A program made the position numbers and the translations under genes. Source: Tubulanus polymorphus (Eukaryota; Animalia; Nemertea). Taken from it: DNA of 64,000 nt. Of this stretch, positions 1 to 12,480 are shown one piece after another (within the stretch, counting starts at the first letter, position 1; the number at the start of each line of letters is the position of its first letter). Location: NCBI RefSeq assembly GCF_964204645.1, contig NC_134032.1, forward strand, positions 10,714,275 to 10,778,274, in the 5' to 3' direction. Below the pieces are notes generated by a model. That model saw only the letters and a program-made list of their open reading frames with translations, was not told the origin of the DNA and did not search any database.

Positions 1-3000
1 TGCGATACAAGACGCTGGAAATTCTAACGAACTGAGGAGTACTAGAAATGGCACCCATCGAGACGCAAAAGTGAAAAATCATAGGGCAAGAAATTTTTTC
101 GTTTTTGTTCTGTATTTTTTTTTCGTGCGGTAGCGAAAACGAAAGTTGATTTTTTTAAAATCATGTCGTAAATATGGAAAGTCATAAAGCCAAAACAAAT
201 ATTCTCGTTTTTACTCGGTAGAAAAAATGAAAGGATTCTGCGCCCAAGCAAAAACGTATTAGCATTGTAAGTTTCGTTTTGGTCAAAAGGAGCGAATGAA
301 TCTACTAAATCTATTGAAAGAAAACGAAAGTGATGAGAAAAAGGAAAGAAAATCGAAAGATTATCATGAAAAAAAAGCTGGACGAAAAGGTTTTTTCGTT
401 TAAATTAATTTTTCTCTGTTATGGTCCATTTATAAATGCATCGTTTATTAGTTAGGGAGGAATTCTAAAAAAGTGAAAAATCGAAAGCGAAAATGAAACG
501 GAAAGAAATCGAAAAATTATCACGTATTACAATCATAGATATAATATGTATGCAATTTATCGATCAACAATGATCGTCTGCCATTCAAAACTAGCTGATC
601 TCGAAGCTGTGCGTACATACCTTGCGCGCGATGATAGCTTCAAGGGAGTCCTTTCCTTCTACACTTTAGGAACGAAATTGTAAACAGGTTGCGCAGATTA
701 TGAATCAATGTTGCAAAGCGCATTCATCAGAAAACCAGTTTTATTATTTCGTTTTATTATGTTAATGCTGAAATCCATTGCTTCTTTCATTGCAAATACA
801 TTTGTTTGCGACTTAACGGTGAATATATCGTTACAATGCTGTTTATGTACATTGATTGATAGCCAGGGAGTAGCCCGTTGGATAACAATAATATTGAAAG
901 GTTGTTTGTAACAAAGCAGTTGGTAGCAGTTTGTGTGTTTTTTTTGGCCAGCACACAGATCACATCGATCATTGTCAACAATCGAAGAAGTCCCACAATT
1001 CGAATTTTTCGTATCGATATAATTCATTGAAACGAAACCACAGCGTTTCGGTTGTTGACTAGCAGCCATCATCAGGTGGAATAACCAGAAACAGAAGAAA
1101 CAAGCAAAATAACTCACAGTAGGCCTACCTTGTTGCTTCTGATTGATATTTCAATGATATTCGGTATATGTATTCGATATTTCGAACGGCGCAACAGGTG
1201 GAACGGGCGATATGGGGAGCGTGTATTGACGAGGACCGTTGTGTTACTATACTATAAAATACTGCCACTACAGATTAGCCAACAATCTTACCACTTTCAC
1301 TGATACTACGATTCGTCGGTTATTTTCCAGACTGCATGAAATATTTCAAAATCAATTATGCCCCGAAACTTAAGTAATAACTCAAACTCGGTTGTGTCGG
1401 CTCGTTTGGGTGTCGAGGTGTCGACGCTGCCGCAAACTGTCGAACATCAGGTGGTCGACATTGCTGTCATCCGTCAACCATGCCCCGTTCCTCAATGGGT
1501 TTGATCCTGGACGATAAGGTAGAAAACGGCTTCCACCTTTTTGTTAAATTTGTTTCACGACTTAAACACGAGCGCACGCATAACCCCCTTATTCACTGGA
1601 GCACCACTCATGAGAGCACATGTTTAAATCTTATTTGCTTCTCAAATTCATTTCATTATTTTGTGAGTACTTTTTCTTACATTACGGACTGCACGTTTTT
1701 TTCCAGATCAATAGCCGGCACCGATTTTGAATTTTAAAGCATTCGCTACATTATTTTTGAATATTCTCCCTTTGAATATTTTTTTTTTCATTTCTAGTAA
1801 ATCTTGTCCTTTTTCTTTTCTTCAGAAAGGTAATTGCTCAGTGATGCTCGTACAATATCGCCGTCCACAATGGAGAAAGAGGCAATAACTCACCACAGCA
1901 GATTGAAACAAGAAAATTAATTTTAGAAAATTATTTGACGCCTGCGAAAAAAATGTAGAATTTCTGGGCTAAGCTAATGTGGAATTGCAAATTCGAAATC
2001 GAAGTTTTAAGAAATTTGGGGAATGATGAGATTTGGCGATTGGGTAGATGATACAGGTCTTCGACTCTAGTAGTGGTTTAAATTTTTTTATTGAAAATTC
2101 TCAATAATTGATCGCGAACTTGCGACCGACTTCATTTACTAATGCCTCTAAGCTGGTCTGCAACTTCATTGCCTCCATGGTTGAAGAAAGAGCTCTTCTG
2201 ATGTCTGCTTCATCATGACTTCGAGCATATCGTGTGGCCTAGCCAGCCGGCCCGGTCCTGGGGCCCGGTTTGGCTGTCACTCGATATCCTAGAGTGTTGA
2301 GGATGGGTGGGTTGAAGTAGACATTGTCATTTAAAATAACATGCTAATGTTGTTCTGTATGAATTACCCGTGTGTCATGTATATTGTATTAATTTATTTT
2401 AAAATTTGTATTTATTGAATTTGGGAATTTTATCCCGGAATTTCAATGTAATAAGGATCAATAAAGAATTTAATTGAATTGTCACCTAATACACATGCCA
2501 TCAGAGGACGCGGAGCCGTATATGACAGCTATGCTATTATAAATTGCTAATCTCACGAAACCTGCATACTCCTAATATCAAACATATTTTCTAAAACGTT
2601 TTAATATTGAAATTATATGTTTACACATTTTCATATTGACCGCTTGTAGCCGCTGATGAAATTCACGCCGGCCCTACACACATCGTAGATAGCTTCGTCA
2701 TTCCACCGGCATGCCCACGTCAGGGTCTGACTTTTATATCAGACTTCCGCATCGTGTATACATCCGCCATTTAACCGAATAATCCGATTTACTTATCATT
2801 TCTATTTATGCCTGCCGCTTCTGATATAATCATACATCCTTTTCTATTACAATACGTCTTCTAATGAGATTTAATGCAATATAACATTTCGACGTTCAAA
2901 TATAGGTCATTATATAATCACAGGAAGCCATTCTACATCTATGTCAATAATATTTTGCCAGATAGCTTGTTTGTGTACACATAAACCTGTGACGTTTTGC

Positions 3001-3485
3001 ACATCGATTTACGGCTGTCGTTTGTAAAATGACGCTGTATGGTTAACATTGTTTAGGTTTCATAATGGTAACGTTTTATAAGGCGTCAAAAAACTCGAGA
3101 AAAAGATCTCAAACAAGGTTCGAATTCGCTGACCGATCCCGCCACCTCCGAGGACATGAACGAACTATTCGCTATTAAACCTAGCCTTACGAAAAAGAAG
3201 AAAAAGTCGTCAACGAGAAGCAAAGTGGAAAATCCGGAGATGTCAGTTTTCTCGATAACCGAGCCGAAAACGAAAGGTTCTTCTTATATGTAAAGGGGGA
3301 TCCTTGTAACGAATGTGCGTGTGTGTGTAAGTGATGAGTGCTTGTGAGTGTGATTGTTGACCGAGGGGTAAGGATTCGTATAAGTCAACTTTTGACTTCT
3401 CCTTACTCCTCGCACTATATATTGTTACTCTGAATATAATGTATATTGTGTTGATATTTTTTGTAACAATTTATTTTGCAAATAA

Positions 3486-3530
3486 ATTCATTCATTCATT
3501 CATTCATTCATTCATTCATTCATTCATTCA
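3486..3530. repeat. (TTCA)n microsatellite
   Basis: About 11 consecutive ttca units, read directly. Confidence 0.95.
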
Positions 3531-3698
3531 CGCTATAAATCAAGCGAAAAACTCATTGACACCGGAAAGAAACGAGCGAATACCGTGAAACACCACCACC
3601 GGCCTCTACAGGCCAAAAACCACTGCAGCTTGCCTGACAACCGGGCGGCCGATTTATTACCACAACGGCGCTTTGAGCTCGTACGATAAAAACCGCGG

Positions 3699-3837
3699 GG
3701 GCTTGTCACGGTAGCTAGGGGTCCAAAATAAAAAATACGGCCCAGTATCCTATAAGGCACTACCTACAAAAAGAATCGCCGCCTAAGATACCAGGTAATT
3801 TTTTTTTATTTCGGACCCCAGCTATCGTGACAAGCCC
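3699..3837. mobile_element. MITE-like element with ~40-bp imperfect terminal inverted repeats
   Basis: gggcttgtcacggtagctaggggtccaaaataaaaaa at left mirrors ttttttatttcggaccccagctatcgtgacaagccc at right. Confidence 0.7.
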
Positions 3838-4237
3838 TTGAAATAATTTTTTTGACATGATTTTCTTTTTAAGATAACATTGTTCGTTAAGACCCGACTT
3901 TTCAAACTGAATATAGATTTCACATACAAATTGACACTATTTAGTTTTAAATCTTTATCTTGGAATCTTCAAAACTACAATGACAAGCGTTTGGAAAGCG
4001 TTGGGTTCTAGTGGGCGCGGAGACTTGTGTCTGGGCTTGATATCGTCCTCGCCCAAGACACTTACATTTCGAAACGATATAAAACAACACAATCTTCGCT
4101 TTGAATACAAATGCATTTAATTTATTGACATTTAAAACGATTGTTTTAACTTGAATAAACAGGTAGAATTTATTTATATCATATTAAATCTGTTACGTGC
4201 ATTGAATAAACACATAAAACGAATGAAACGTTAAAAA

Positions 4238-6733
4238 TCAATCTATTCTCTGAAGGTCGCCGCTGTCTAAACTCAGTCTCATCATCAACGGATCGATTGG
4301 TTCGGGACTTTCTGCCATGAACGAAGTTGTATTTTCGGCGATCGAATCTAAAGCCGACCTTCTACGTTCTTCCTGTCGGTCGTGCACCGTCATTCGGAAA
4401 GTTTCCAATTCGAACGCGCCGCTGTGAGTGCACGTTTGATTGGCGCGTTCCGGTACGACTTCCGTTTCAGCAATACTCAAACTATCCAACACGTCCGATG
4501 CGCAGATCTTTTTCTGGGCGACTCTAAACTCCGAGCAGTAGTGGTTGAGTTTCTGATAAACTCGATGCCGTAGGCTCTCGCTTCTGAGCTGTTCGACTTG
4601 TTCGTTGTTGAAGATTTCGGCCAGTTGCGGCAGAAGGGCCGCGAACAGCGTCACCATCGACGTAACCATCGTATTGACCTCGTCCCTTTCCGGGCTGATT
4701 ATGATAATCGTCAACATGATCAGTACGATGAACAGCGTGTTGGCCATCTGGCGTATTAAAGCTCGCGCCATATTCTCCCTAAACGGATACAAAACTTTGC
4801 ACAGTTTCAGACAAATGTTACTATTGATATGCGGAATAGCGTCGTCGTAGTAGAATATCAATTTGTGTCGCCGTTCGATTTTCAACCATCTGTACGTGAA
4901 CTTTACGTTGTCGACGTCGGTCATCGTTTTCTTCGAGCGGTCGTGGTGAATGAGCTGCGAGGTGGTCACGTGATGCGCCCGGTACTGCCCGATTTCGCCG
5001 CCGGATAAGCAGTACTCGAAAACGTAGCGTTGTATTTCGGTGTATCGCTTCGACAATTTACCGAACGCTCGATGGGCGTAGTAGAAAAATATAGCGCTGC
5101 CGGTGAGATAGGGCGCTACGATATCGACGTTGATAACGATACCGCTAACCACGTAAACGGGTATGTGGAAAAGGGTGAAGACAATCGGGTACGTGCCGAT
5201 AACCACGACAACAAGCGCGAACACCAGTAGATTATGCAAAAACCGCTCGATAGATGGCAGTTTATGAACGACGTTTTCGTGTAGAAAAGCGTTTTTGATC
5301 CAACGCAAGGTGAATTTACGAATGGTCGAACTTTCGAAAAGCCACCAACAAATCAGCAACATCGTAGAAATAGCGACGAGCACGATCATCAACACGCCTA
5401 CTTTAAAGGGCCACAGGTCCGAACGAGTGTAGATCCAAGCTATCGGTATATTCAGCAAGTTGAAGACTATCTTTTCAGTCGTGTCCAGTTGTTTGGTCGT
5501 GTATCCGTAGGCCACCGAACCGGAATGATAAAGCACCACCGTCGTAATGATGAAAATATACTGACATAATATCAGCAAAGTTACTCTGAGTTTTTTCCGG
5601 TTAATATTCGGCAGCTGCATGAACATAGTCAACGATACGGGCGTAGAGTACGACATCAGCTCGTCCGGGTTGGTTAGTATGTAGGCGTCGGAAAGAAGGC
5701 CGCCAGTCGGCTCCGGCTCGACGCGAAAATGGTCGAATTTGATTCGTCGATTGGTGAACTCGGCGGTGAGAACCTCGGTGAATTTCCACGGATGGAAGCT
5801 CGGCCAGGCGATCGCCATGACGATGGCGAAAATGGGCAGAAGAACTCCGCAGAAAAAGAGCACCAATCGTTTGGCGCGATAACTGCGACTGGTCATGTGC
5901 GCCGGGCACAAGGATGAACTATCATCCAGCACTCCTTCTAAACAACAATCCAACCCGATCCCGACCGTTTCACCCGTTAACCACGTGTGTGTAAATGCGC
6001 TTCTGCAGATAAAATCGTCAGACCCGAGATCGAAAGTGACATTGGGCACGGTGTGAAACGTGTTCGGTTTCCTAGTAAACCGGCGTAGAAGGCGATGGAT
6101 CATCAAGTTGAAACATTTCGGGCCCAATTTCGACTCACACGAACTCGGTCGACTCGAGATGTTCAAAGTCTGTTCTTCGATGCGCAAACTGAGTAAACCG
6201 AGAGACAATAAGTGGTAATCAACGGGCATGTTCAGAACGAATTGACCAGCGCTCGAAACCCACGACCACCAGAACGGATTGAAAGTCGTTTTGTCGACTG
6301 CCGCCAACGACTCGATCGACACGTTCAAACCTGATAATCTGAATTTGACGACGTGCGAGTGGTCTTTCCGAAATCTGCGGAATTTAAGAACTTGGTTCTG
6401 TTTATCGTCGATCGTCAAGCGACATCGCATCAGTTCATCGCTACACGTGGATGCGTCTGGATAGGTTACCCTCAGTTTTCGCAGCACCGAATCAACGTTG
6501 ACTTTAGTTTTGGTAACCGGTGCGGCAGGCAGCGGCGTCGTCGGGACTGGAGTAGTAGCCGACGCATTCGCAGTAGTCCGGACGACGACCGGGCGTAGAG
6601 AGGAAACCGTGTCCGATGTGACCGGTCCGACAGTTGTCCGCGACTCGATTGTCGTAGTATTGTTAGTCCGGTTCGCGGTCATCGACACCGATTGGCAGAC
6701 GATCAAAATGCAAAATACGCCTCGCGTGAACAT
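4238..6733 (-). CDS. Uncharacterised 831-aa multi-pass membrane protein (signal peptide, Thr/Pro-rich stalk, Cys-rich ectodomain, about 7-9 TM helices)
   Basis: Uninterrupted 2.5-kb ORF with raised GC. Hydrophobic N-terminus, mucin-like residues ~20-75, several long hydrophobic segments after residue ~290. 5' UTR intron likely (acceptor ttttcag| at 6750, donor |gtgagt at 6913). AATAAA signals just downstream (tttatt on + near 4121 and 4170). Confidence 0.85.
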   Translation of the reverse strand: MFTRGVFCILIVCQSVSMTANRTNNTTTIESRTTVGPVTSDTVSSLRPVVVRTTANASATTPVPTTPLPAAPVTKTKVNVDSVLRKLRVTYPDASTCSDELMRCRLTIDDKQNQVLKFRRFRKDHSHVVKFRLSGLNVSIESLAAVDKTTFNPFWWSWVSSAGQFVLNMPVDYHLLSLGLLSLRIEEQTLNISSRPSSCESKLGPKCFNLMIHRLLRRFTRKPNTFHTVPNVTFDLGSDDFICRSAFTHTWLTGETVGIGLDCCLEGVLDDSSSLCPAHMTSRSYRAKRLVLFFCGVLLPIFAIVMAIAWPSFHPWKFTEVLTAEFTNRRIKFDHFRVEPEPTGGLLSDAYILTNPDELMSYSTPVSLTMFMQLPNINRKKLRVTLLILCQYIFIITTVVLYHSGSVAYGYTTKQLDTTEKIVFNLLNIPIAWIYTRSDLWPFKVGVLMIVLVAISTMLLICWWLFESSTIRKFTLRWIKNAFLHENVVHKLPSIERFLHNLLVFALVVVVIGTYPIVFTLFHIPVYVVSGIVINVDIVAPYLTGSAIFFYYAHRAFGKLSKRYTEIQRYVFEYCLSGGEIGQYRAHHVTTSQLIHHDRSKKTMTDVDNVKFTYRWLKIERRHKLIFYYDDAIPHINSNICLKLCKVLYPFRENMARALIRQMANTLFIVLIMLTIIIISPERDEVNTMVTSMVTLFAALLPQLAEIFNNEQVEQLRSESLRHRVYQKLNHYCSEFRVAQKKICASDVLDSLSIAETEVVPERANQTCTHSGAFELETFRMTVHDRQEERRRSALDSIAENTTSFMAESPEPIDPLMMRLSLDSGDLQRID

Positions 6734-7399
6734 CTCAGTCCGGTATAGATCTGAAAATTAGGAGAAATATTACGAATATACAAACAATGAAAGCAAATTT
6801 TTACTAATAATGCAACCTTGTTCCCTTTCATCGATAACTTGATTTTTAGTTTTATGAAAAAAGCGTCGTAGAGATCATTAAACAAAAGGTGGAAAAACAG
6901 CGAGTATACTCACCGATCTTTGTGCTCAAATTCAACAAGTTGTCATTGATTGCGTACCACGCGCGCGAGTAAGGGACAGTTATCGATATTGACGTATTTC
7001 ATCCTGTTCTGAATCCAGTCACTCGTCGACACAATGCAAACATCGTATTTACCCAAAACCCATACGAACAATTATCAACGAGTGAAATGCGGGATCATTT
7101 TAAACTATTTCAATAGGAAGTTGATATATTCTCTGCATTATACTTCATTTACTTCCTTTCTGTATTATGCGTATATGACATGGTTAAAAATATCAGACAC
7201 TCACAAGTTTGAGCATTTAGTTTAAAATAAAAGCTTTTATGTTTTTTTTTTTTTAATACTGCAGATACCCAGATGCGTGTTGGCCCACAAATTCCACGAC
7301 CCAGTCCTAAAACAGAGGTCAAGGTCAGACACGTGACAATGTCGGTTCAATTCCGCGCGAATTTTTAAGAATATTTACATATACAAATACTTTGGCAAA

Positions 7400-8420
7400 T
7401 ACTTTTTACATTACGAATACTTTTATGAATACAATTTTCATATGCCTTTACATGACACACCATTCATTGTGATTTTAGTTCAGTAGAAATGCAACTGAGG
7501 TGATTAGGAATCGATCTATCTTTTAGAGCCCAGAGAAAATTACAAAAACCTATCATGGATATACAAATATACAAAAAAAATGCATGAGAATAATCTTTCA
7601 ATTCGAAATCTGTTGCAATTACTCGTAAAGCAGTTAATGTGGCAACGTAATTATTTTCCTAATGATTTTAAACTAATTCAGAAACGGTTGTTACATTATC
7701 TGATACCAGTTTGTTTGATTACACGAAAAAATTATCATTACGAAAACAAATGATAATAATAATGTTTTATTTACGAATTAAATTACAATATAAAATGAAA
7801 TGTTATAATACCTACATACAAAATGTTTCAATGATAACTTCCTAGACATCTCATTAAACAGTGCATCACATAGATTAAAATACCTTTTTAAAATTGCCTG
7901 AAATACCTTTATAAAACGGCATCGACTGCAATAGAAAGAATCCCTTGACTGCCACAGTAGCACTCTCAGTTCACCTATATATAACCATATGAAAATATGA
8001 ATTTACAAAAGATCGATCGTGGTTTTAGCCCAGTGTTAATCCGACAGAGTGGTAAAGCATCGAAATACCTTTTTTACCCCAAAGAAAACGACAAAAACCT
8101 CCCGAAATAAAACTGTAGAGAACTTTGAATGCATCTATAAATTCAAAATATATTCAAATTACTCGTAAATTAATCAATTCGGCAACGTAATTATTTTATT
8201 CGTAATGTATTTGAACTTATTTAGAATGTTATGTTTTGAATTCAGAGATGTAACTTTAACACGTTCGTTTTCATTTCGGGAGAGTTTTGTGATTTTTTTC
8301 TGGGGTCTAAAGGGTATTTTGATGCTCTACCCCCTCCGACGGATTTTCACTTAACTAAATTCACAATAGATGTTCTGTGTAGATTCTATGTGCAGTTTTA
8401 TATAGCTAGATACATGTAGC
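7400..8420. repeat. Degenerate copies of the local complex repeat family also found at 10.6-18.6 kb
   Basis: Shares blocks such as cattgtgattttagttcagt, agacatctcattaaa, gaatcccttgactgccacagtagca and caaattactcgta with 14.2-16.9 kb; includes one inverted piece near 8270-8400. Confidence 0.7.
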
Positions 8421-9000
8421 AAATGGGTAAAATAATCGAATCGATTTTTCTTTAGCCTCCGCACAACTCAGAATCAGTAACACTGGGGCTATACACCTCA
8501 ATATTTTTGACTGATCCAAATCCTTCTAAATTCAGAGCATTGATGCAACAGAAAAATGAATATGTATTATAAGATGTGTGTACGTTTGTATCAAACGGTA
8601 AAACATTCGCTTAAAGTTTCGAACATCTGTAATCATTGTCAGGATGAATGAATAAGGCTAAAGGTATAGTTCAGCATTGTACTACTACGCGGATGTGAAT
8701 ACGCGGTAAGCGCCGAATCTGCGTTCACAATACAGAAAATACGCGACCAGTTCAGTTCCGTTGTTTGATCGGGCTTTTGGCCGCGTATTTCCGTACGGAA
8801 CTGAATAAGCCGTGAATAGGCCTCGAATAGTTTCCAAGTGTGGACGCTTAGCACCGTACTGAAATCCTAATGTAAACGCAGATAAAGACACAAACAAACT
8901 ATCTCGAACAAAGAGTAATTGCATAAAGAGATTTAAACATTAAAGAAACATAGAATATAGATGAAATATGTAGAACACTCATCAGTGATTTCTAGCTTAG

Positions 9001-10086
9001 TTAGAACATAACGCGTCGTGCGAAACTCCGGAATTTACTATCGGTAGAAATCAGAATGTAGAAATTAACGACTGAATTTAACACCGATGAAGTAAGAGCG
9101 AATTGTTGGATTATGGAATATGTTCTGTTATCGTGTATTACGTAACCAGTCATTGATAGAAGTCTCGGTATTGTGGCAGGGATTTCACAGATTAGGAAAA
9201 AAACGACGAGCGCGATGACATTTCTGAGAGCGCGGAGATCGATAACGTTCGTCTGGGCGACGGAATCGCTACGAATAAGAGATCGTCTGGCCACGGTGGC
9301 TCGATATAAAACAAATATCAACAGGAAATTAACGACTACCAAAACGCAAGAAGGAAATATAGTTGTTATGAATATGTACGCATAAAAGTCATAAATCTCA
9401 TAAATCTGTGCAATTATCTTTGTAAGTTTAAATATGTTATAACCTCCATGACTAGTATAAACACGAATGTTCAGTCTGAGACAAGGCCAGCGATAAGAAT
9501 CTGGGAATGTGATAGGCATTATGTAATGCCAGTTTGTCAACGCGCAAAAGATAACCATCGAAATCACGATTGAAAGTAGCGTATTTTTCGTCCAGAATCG
9601 CGCGGCGCGCAACGGAAACGAAATCACAATCAATCGATCAACGCTCAGCAAAACAATCGACCAATTCCTCGATGCTTGAAACCATACATACGTGAAAGAA
9701 AACACGTACGTTATCCAACCGCCGAATTTGAACGAGTACAGAATCCAACCACCGAGATTGCGTCCGTAAATACGAAACATGACGTCAACCAGAATCGCGT
9801 ACCCGTATAAAACCCGTATCGGGTACAAAAACGCGACCGACACGAGAAACAATAAATCGAAGCAAGCTACAAATTTGCAGACGCAATACGATTTCCGTTT
9901 CTTGAAACGTTCGATCGTGACGATTATGAGAATATTAGACGCGATTCCTACCAGCGTTAACGCGCCGTATAGAATTGTACCGACGTAAAACGCATCGATG
10001 AAAAGTGTTTGTAGGTCTGTCGGTAAGGTTTGCGCACAAGACGGCATGATGTGCGATCCATTCTGAACTACAGACGATGTCATCAT
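9001..10086 (-). CDS. Intronless rhodopsin-class (class A) GPCR, FMRFamide-receptor-like
   Basis: 361-aa ORF with 7 hydrophobic helices: TM1 GIASN, TM2 ACFDL, TM3 SVDRLIVISFPL, TM6 FLICEIP, TM7 NSVVNFYI, helix-8 KFR. Confidence 0.9.
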   Translation of the reverse strand: MMTSSVVQNGSHIMPSCAQTLPTDLQTLFIDAFYVGTILYGALTLVGIASNILIIVTIERFKKRKSYCVCKFVACFDLLFLVSVAFLYPIRVLYGYAILVDVMFRIYGRNLGGWILYSFKFGGWITYVFSFTYVWFQASRNWSIVLLSVDRLIVISFPLRAARFWTKNTLLSIVISMVIFCALTNWHYIMPITFPDSYRWPCLRLNIRVYTSHGGYNIFKLTKIIAQIYEIYDFYAYIFITTIFPSCVLVVVNFLLIFVLYRATVARRSLIRSDSVAQTNVIDLRALRNVIALVVFFLICEIPATIPRLLSMTGYVIHDNRTYSIIQQFALTSSVLNSVVNFYILISTDSKFRSFARRVMF

Positions 10087-10619
10087 TAAACGACTTGACA
10101 GACGAAAATCTAACGAATCATCAGTTCAGCGCGTCAACAATATTCAAATCTATAATGATGATAAAATTGTGAGTCGGGTACTTCGTGTTCTAGGATTATT
10201 TCACTAATGGATGAAATGTGATATAAATGGAAAAAAATGGTCAGATGTATATACTAACTACACTTGTCAGTCAGAAGCACGGGTCTCAATACTGTCGACT
10301 CAGACTCTATATAGCTACATTTTACAACTAGTTATTTTCATGAGCACATTAATCGTTGGCATAAAATCCCGAACATCGTGATATTTTAATGTTCGATGAA
10401 TCCCTTCATTTCGAATGTGCACGGCATGGCTGTGCAGAAAACCAAATATCGCTGCTTTGCAGCTATATTTATTTGATATTTGTGTTTAGTAGGTCTATTT
10501 CAGGACCAGGTGATATATGTTAGGGTGATAACGTTTGTGATAATGTGTTTGCTTCAATTGATATTTGGAGTCTGCTATCTATCAATGTTTAACCTCATGT
10601 ACTTCGGTGGTAAGTAAGT

Positions 10620-12480
10620 AAAACATAATAAAAACCTCCCGAAATGTAAAAATACATTATTTCAAGTGCATCTATGGATTCAAAACATATTCAAATTACT
10701 CGTACATTAATTAATTAGACAACGTAATTAATCGTCTAACGTATTTGAACTTATTTAGAAACGACTGTATTATCATCTGCTCTCATCATGTAGTTCTACT
10801 TTTATCTCGTAGATGGCGCATGTGTGAAAGGATAACACATGAACCAATTCATATAACTTGTTAGAAAAACAATTAGTTCCGGGAAATTCTGATAGATGGC
10901 GATCGTGCATCAATCTTTTCTAATGCGAAATCAGGACATTAACTAGCTTATTATTAGCTTCATTAATCAATCATTTACCTAAGCCACTACTAATTAGTCT
11001 CAATAAACCGGAAACCTGGACCATCCCCAGTTATCCTCTACTCACTGACTACCCAGTACCAGCGTCGATTATCCTCTACTCACTGACTACCCAGTACCAG
11101 CGTCGATTGACCGGGTTCAAACCTGGGACTATCCCGACTATTATTAGCTTCAATCTGAACTTTCATCCTCTATTCAGCAAAAGGAATGCTCAAGATCAGT
11201 TTCAGTGGACCTTGGGTTCGAATCTGGGGGACACCCCTTTTTATCCTCTATTCACCATCAGGACCACTTGGAAACAGTATCAGTAGACCAGGTTCAAATC
11301 TGGGCCCATCCTGACCTTGTTAAACACCTTTTCATTATGTGCCCAACCTCTCAGAAACAGAACAATTCAATTGATGATTTTGCAATAATAAATATTTTAT
11401 TTACCTGCAATCCTCTATAAAGATAAATATATAAATATGATTCATTTGACGATAGAGTCAAAAATGTATTTTTTAAATTTCGATACAAAATAGTTGACAA
11501 ATAGAAAGTGCGCGCAGGTTAGTGGAATGTCTGCTTAGTTTGCTCCTAACACGGCTTAGAGAGGAGGGATTAGATCACACTAGAGTACTTATATTCTGTA
11601 ATTATATTCTTACCCCTTCAAACACTTAGAGGGGTGAAGCAATCGTTTCGCGTAGAAATCAGTGATATGTTAATAAATACATGATATTTTCACATTTAAC
11701 AAAAACAGCTATTTACAAATTTATAAAAGGACGAAATAGAATTGTGGATGGAAAATAACGCAAAAACGCTACATGATCACAAAGGGCAAGATAGCGTTAT
11801 TTCATCGAATAGCTTTCATATAAGCTTTCATATACATTACATCGCAACTTTATACAGTAAAATCTCAAAATTGCAATAACAATCTCTGACCCTTATAAGA
11901 AACATTTACAAGGTATATTCTCGTTATATATAAAATGTTTCTATTGTAAATTTGGACGAATTTTTACATGATCTGATACGAATCGACCTGCTTAAAACTG
12001 TTTTAGTTCCCGGACGGTTCAAAACATATCGATGGTAAATTGAAATATTTTTAATAAATAGACGACGACATATTTTCATTAAATGATTCACCTCATAAGC
12101 AAGACTAAGTTCAAAAGTAAAATATATCTAAGACCGCTCTTAGACTGAAAGGATGGCTATAGAAGCAAATGAGCAAAGACTGGTCTTTATTGTTAGATTT
12201 GTTTTTAGAACCCAAATGAGCTTAGACCGTCTATGTTGTTGGATAAGAGTTGTTAGGCTATAGAACCAGAGTAACACTGCAATCTCAATGAATTTTCGAT
12301 TGCGCGCAACTGGCCCCTAAATTCAGTTCTACTGTTGTAAGTCACAATATGAAGCTTGAGAGTTAAAATCAGCTTGTTCTCTGAGTCATGTCTGAACTCA
12401 GAACTCACTCCTTATTAAATTGTATGGTTACTAGTAATCGTGTTCCTAATTTTCTAAGAATAGAGATCCCTCTTTCCATT
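10620..12480 (+). repeat. Copy A of a ~1.7-1.9-kb direct segmental duplication (copy B about 16920-18608)
   Basis: Collinear from aaaacctcccgaaat...aatacattatt through tagaaagtgcgcgcaggttagtgg to agagatccctctttccat in both copies, with scattered substitutions and indels. Confidence 0.85.

Noticed and set aside
1-3500. Short ORFs (e.g. 698-1117) as genes
   Set aside because: No recognisable domains, coding-like composition or consistent splice chain; the region looks like repeat-derived intergenic DNA that I could not classify.
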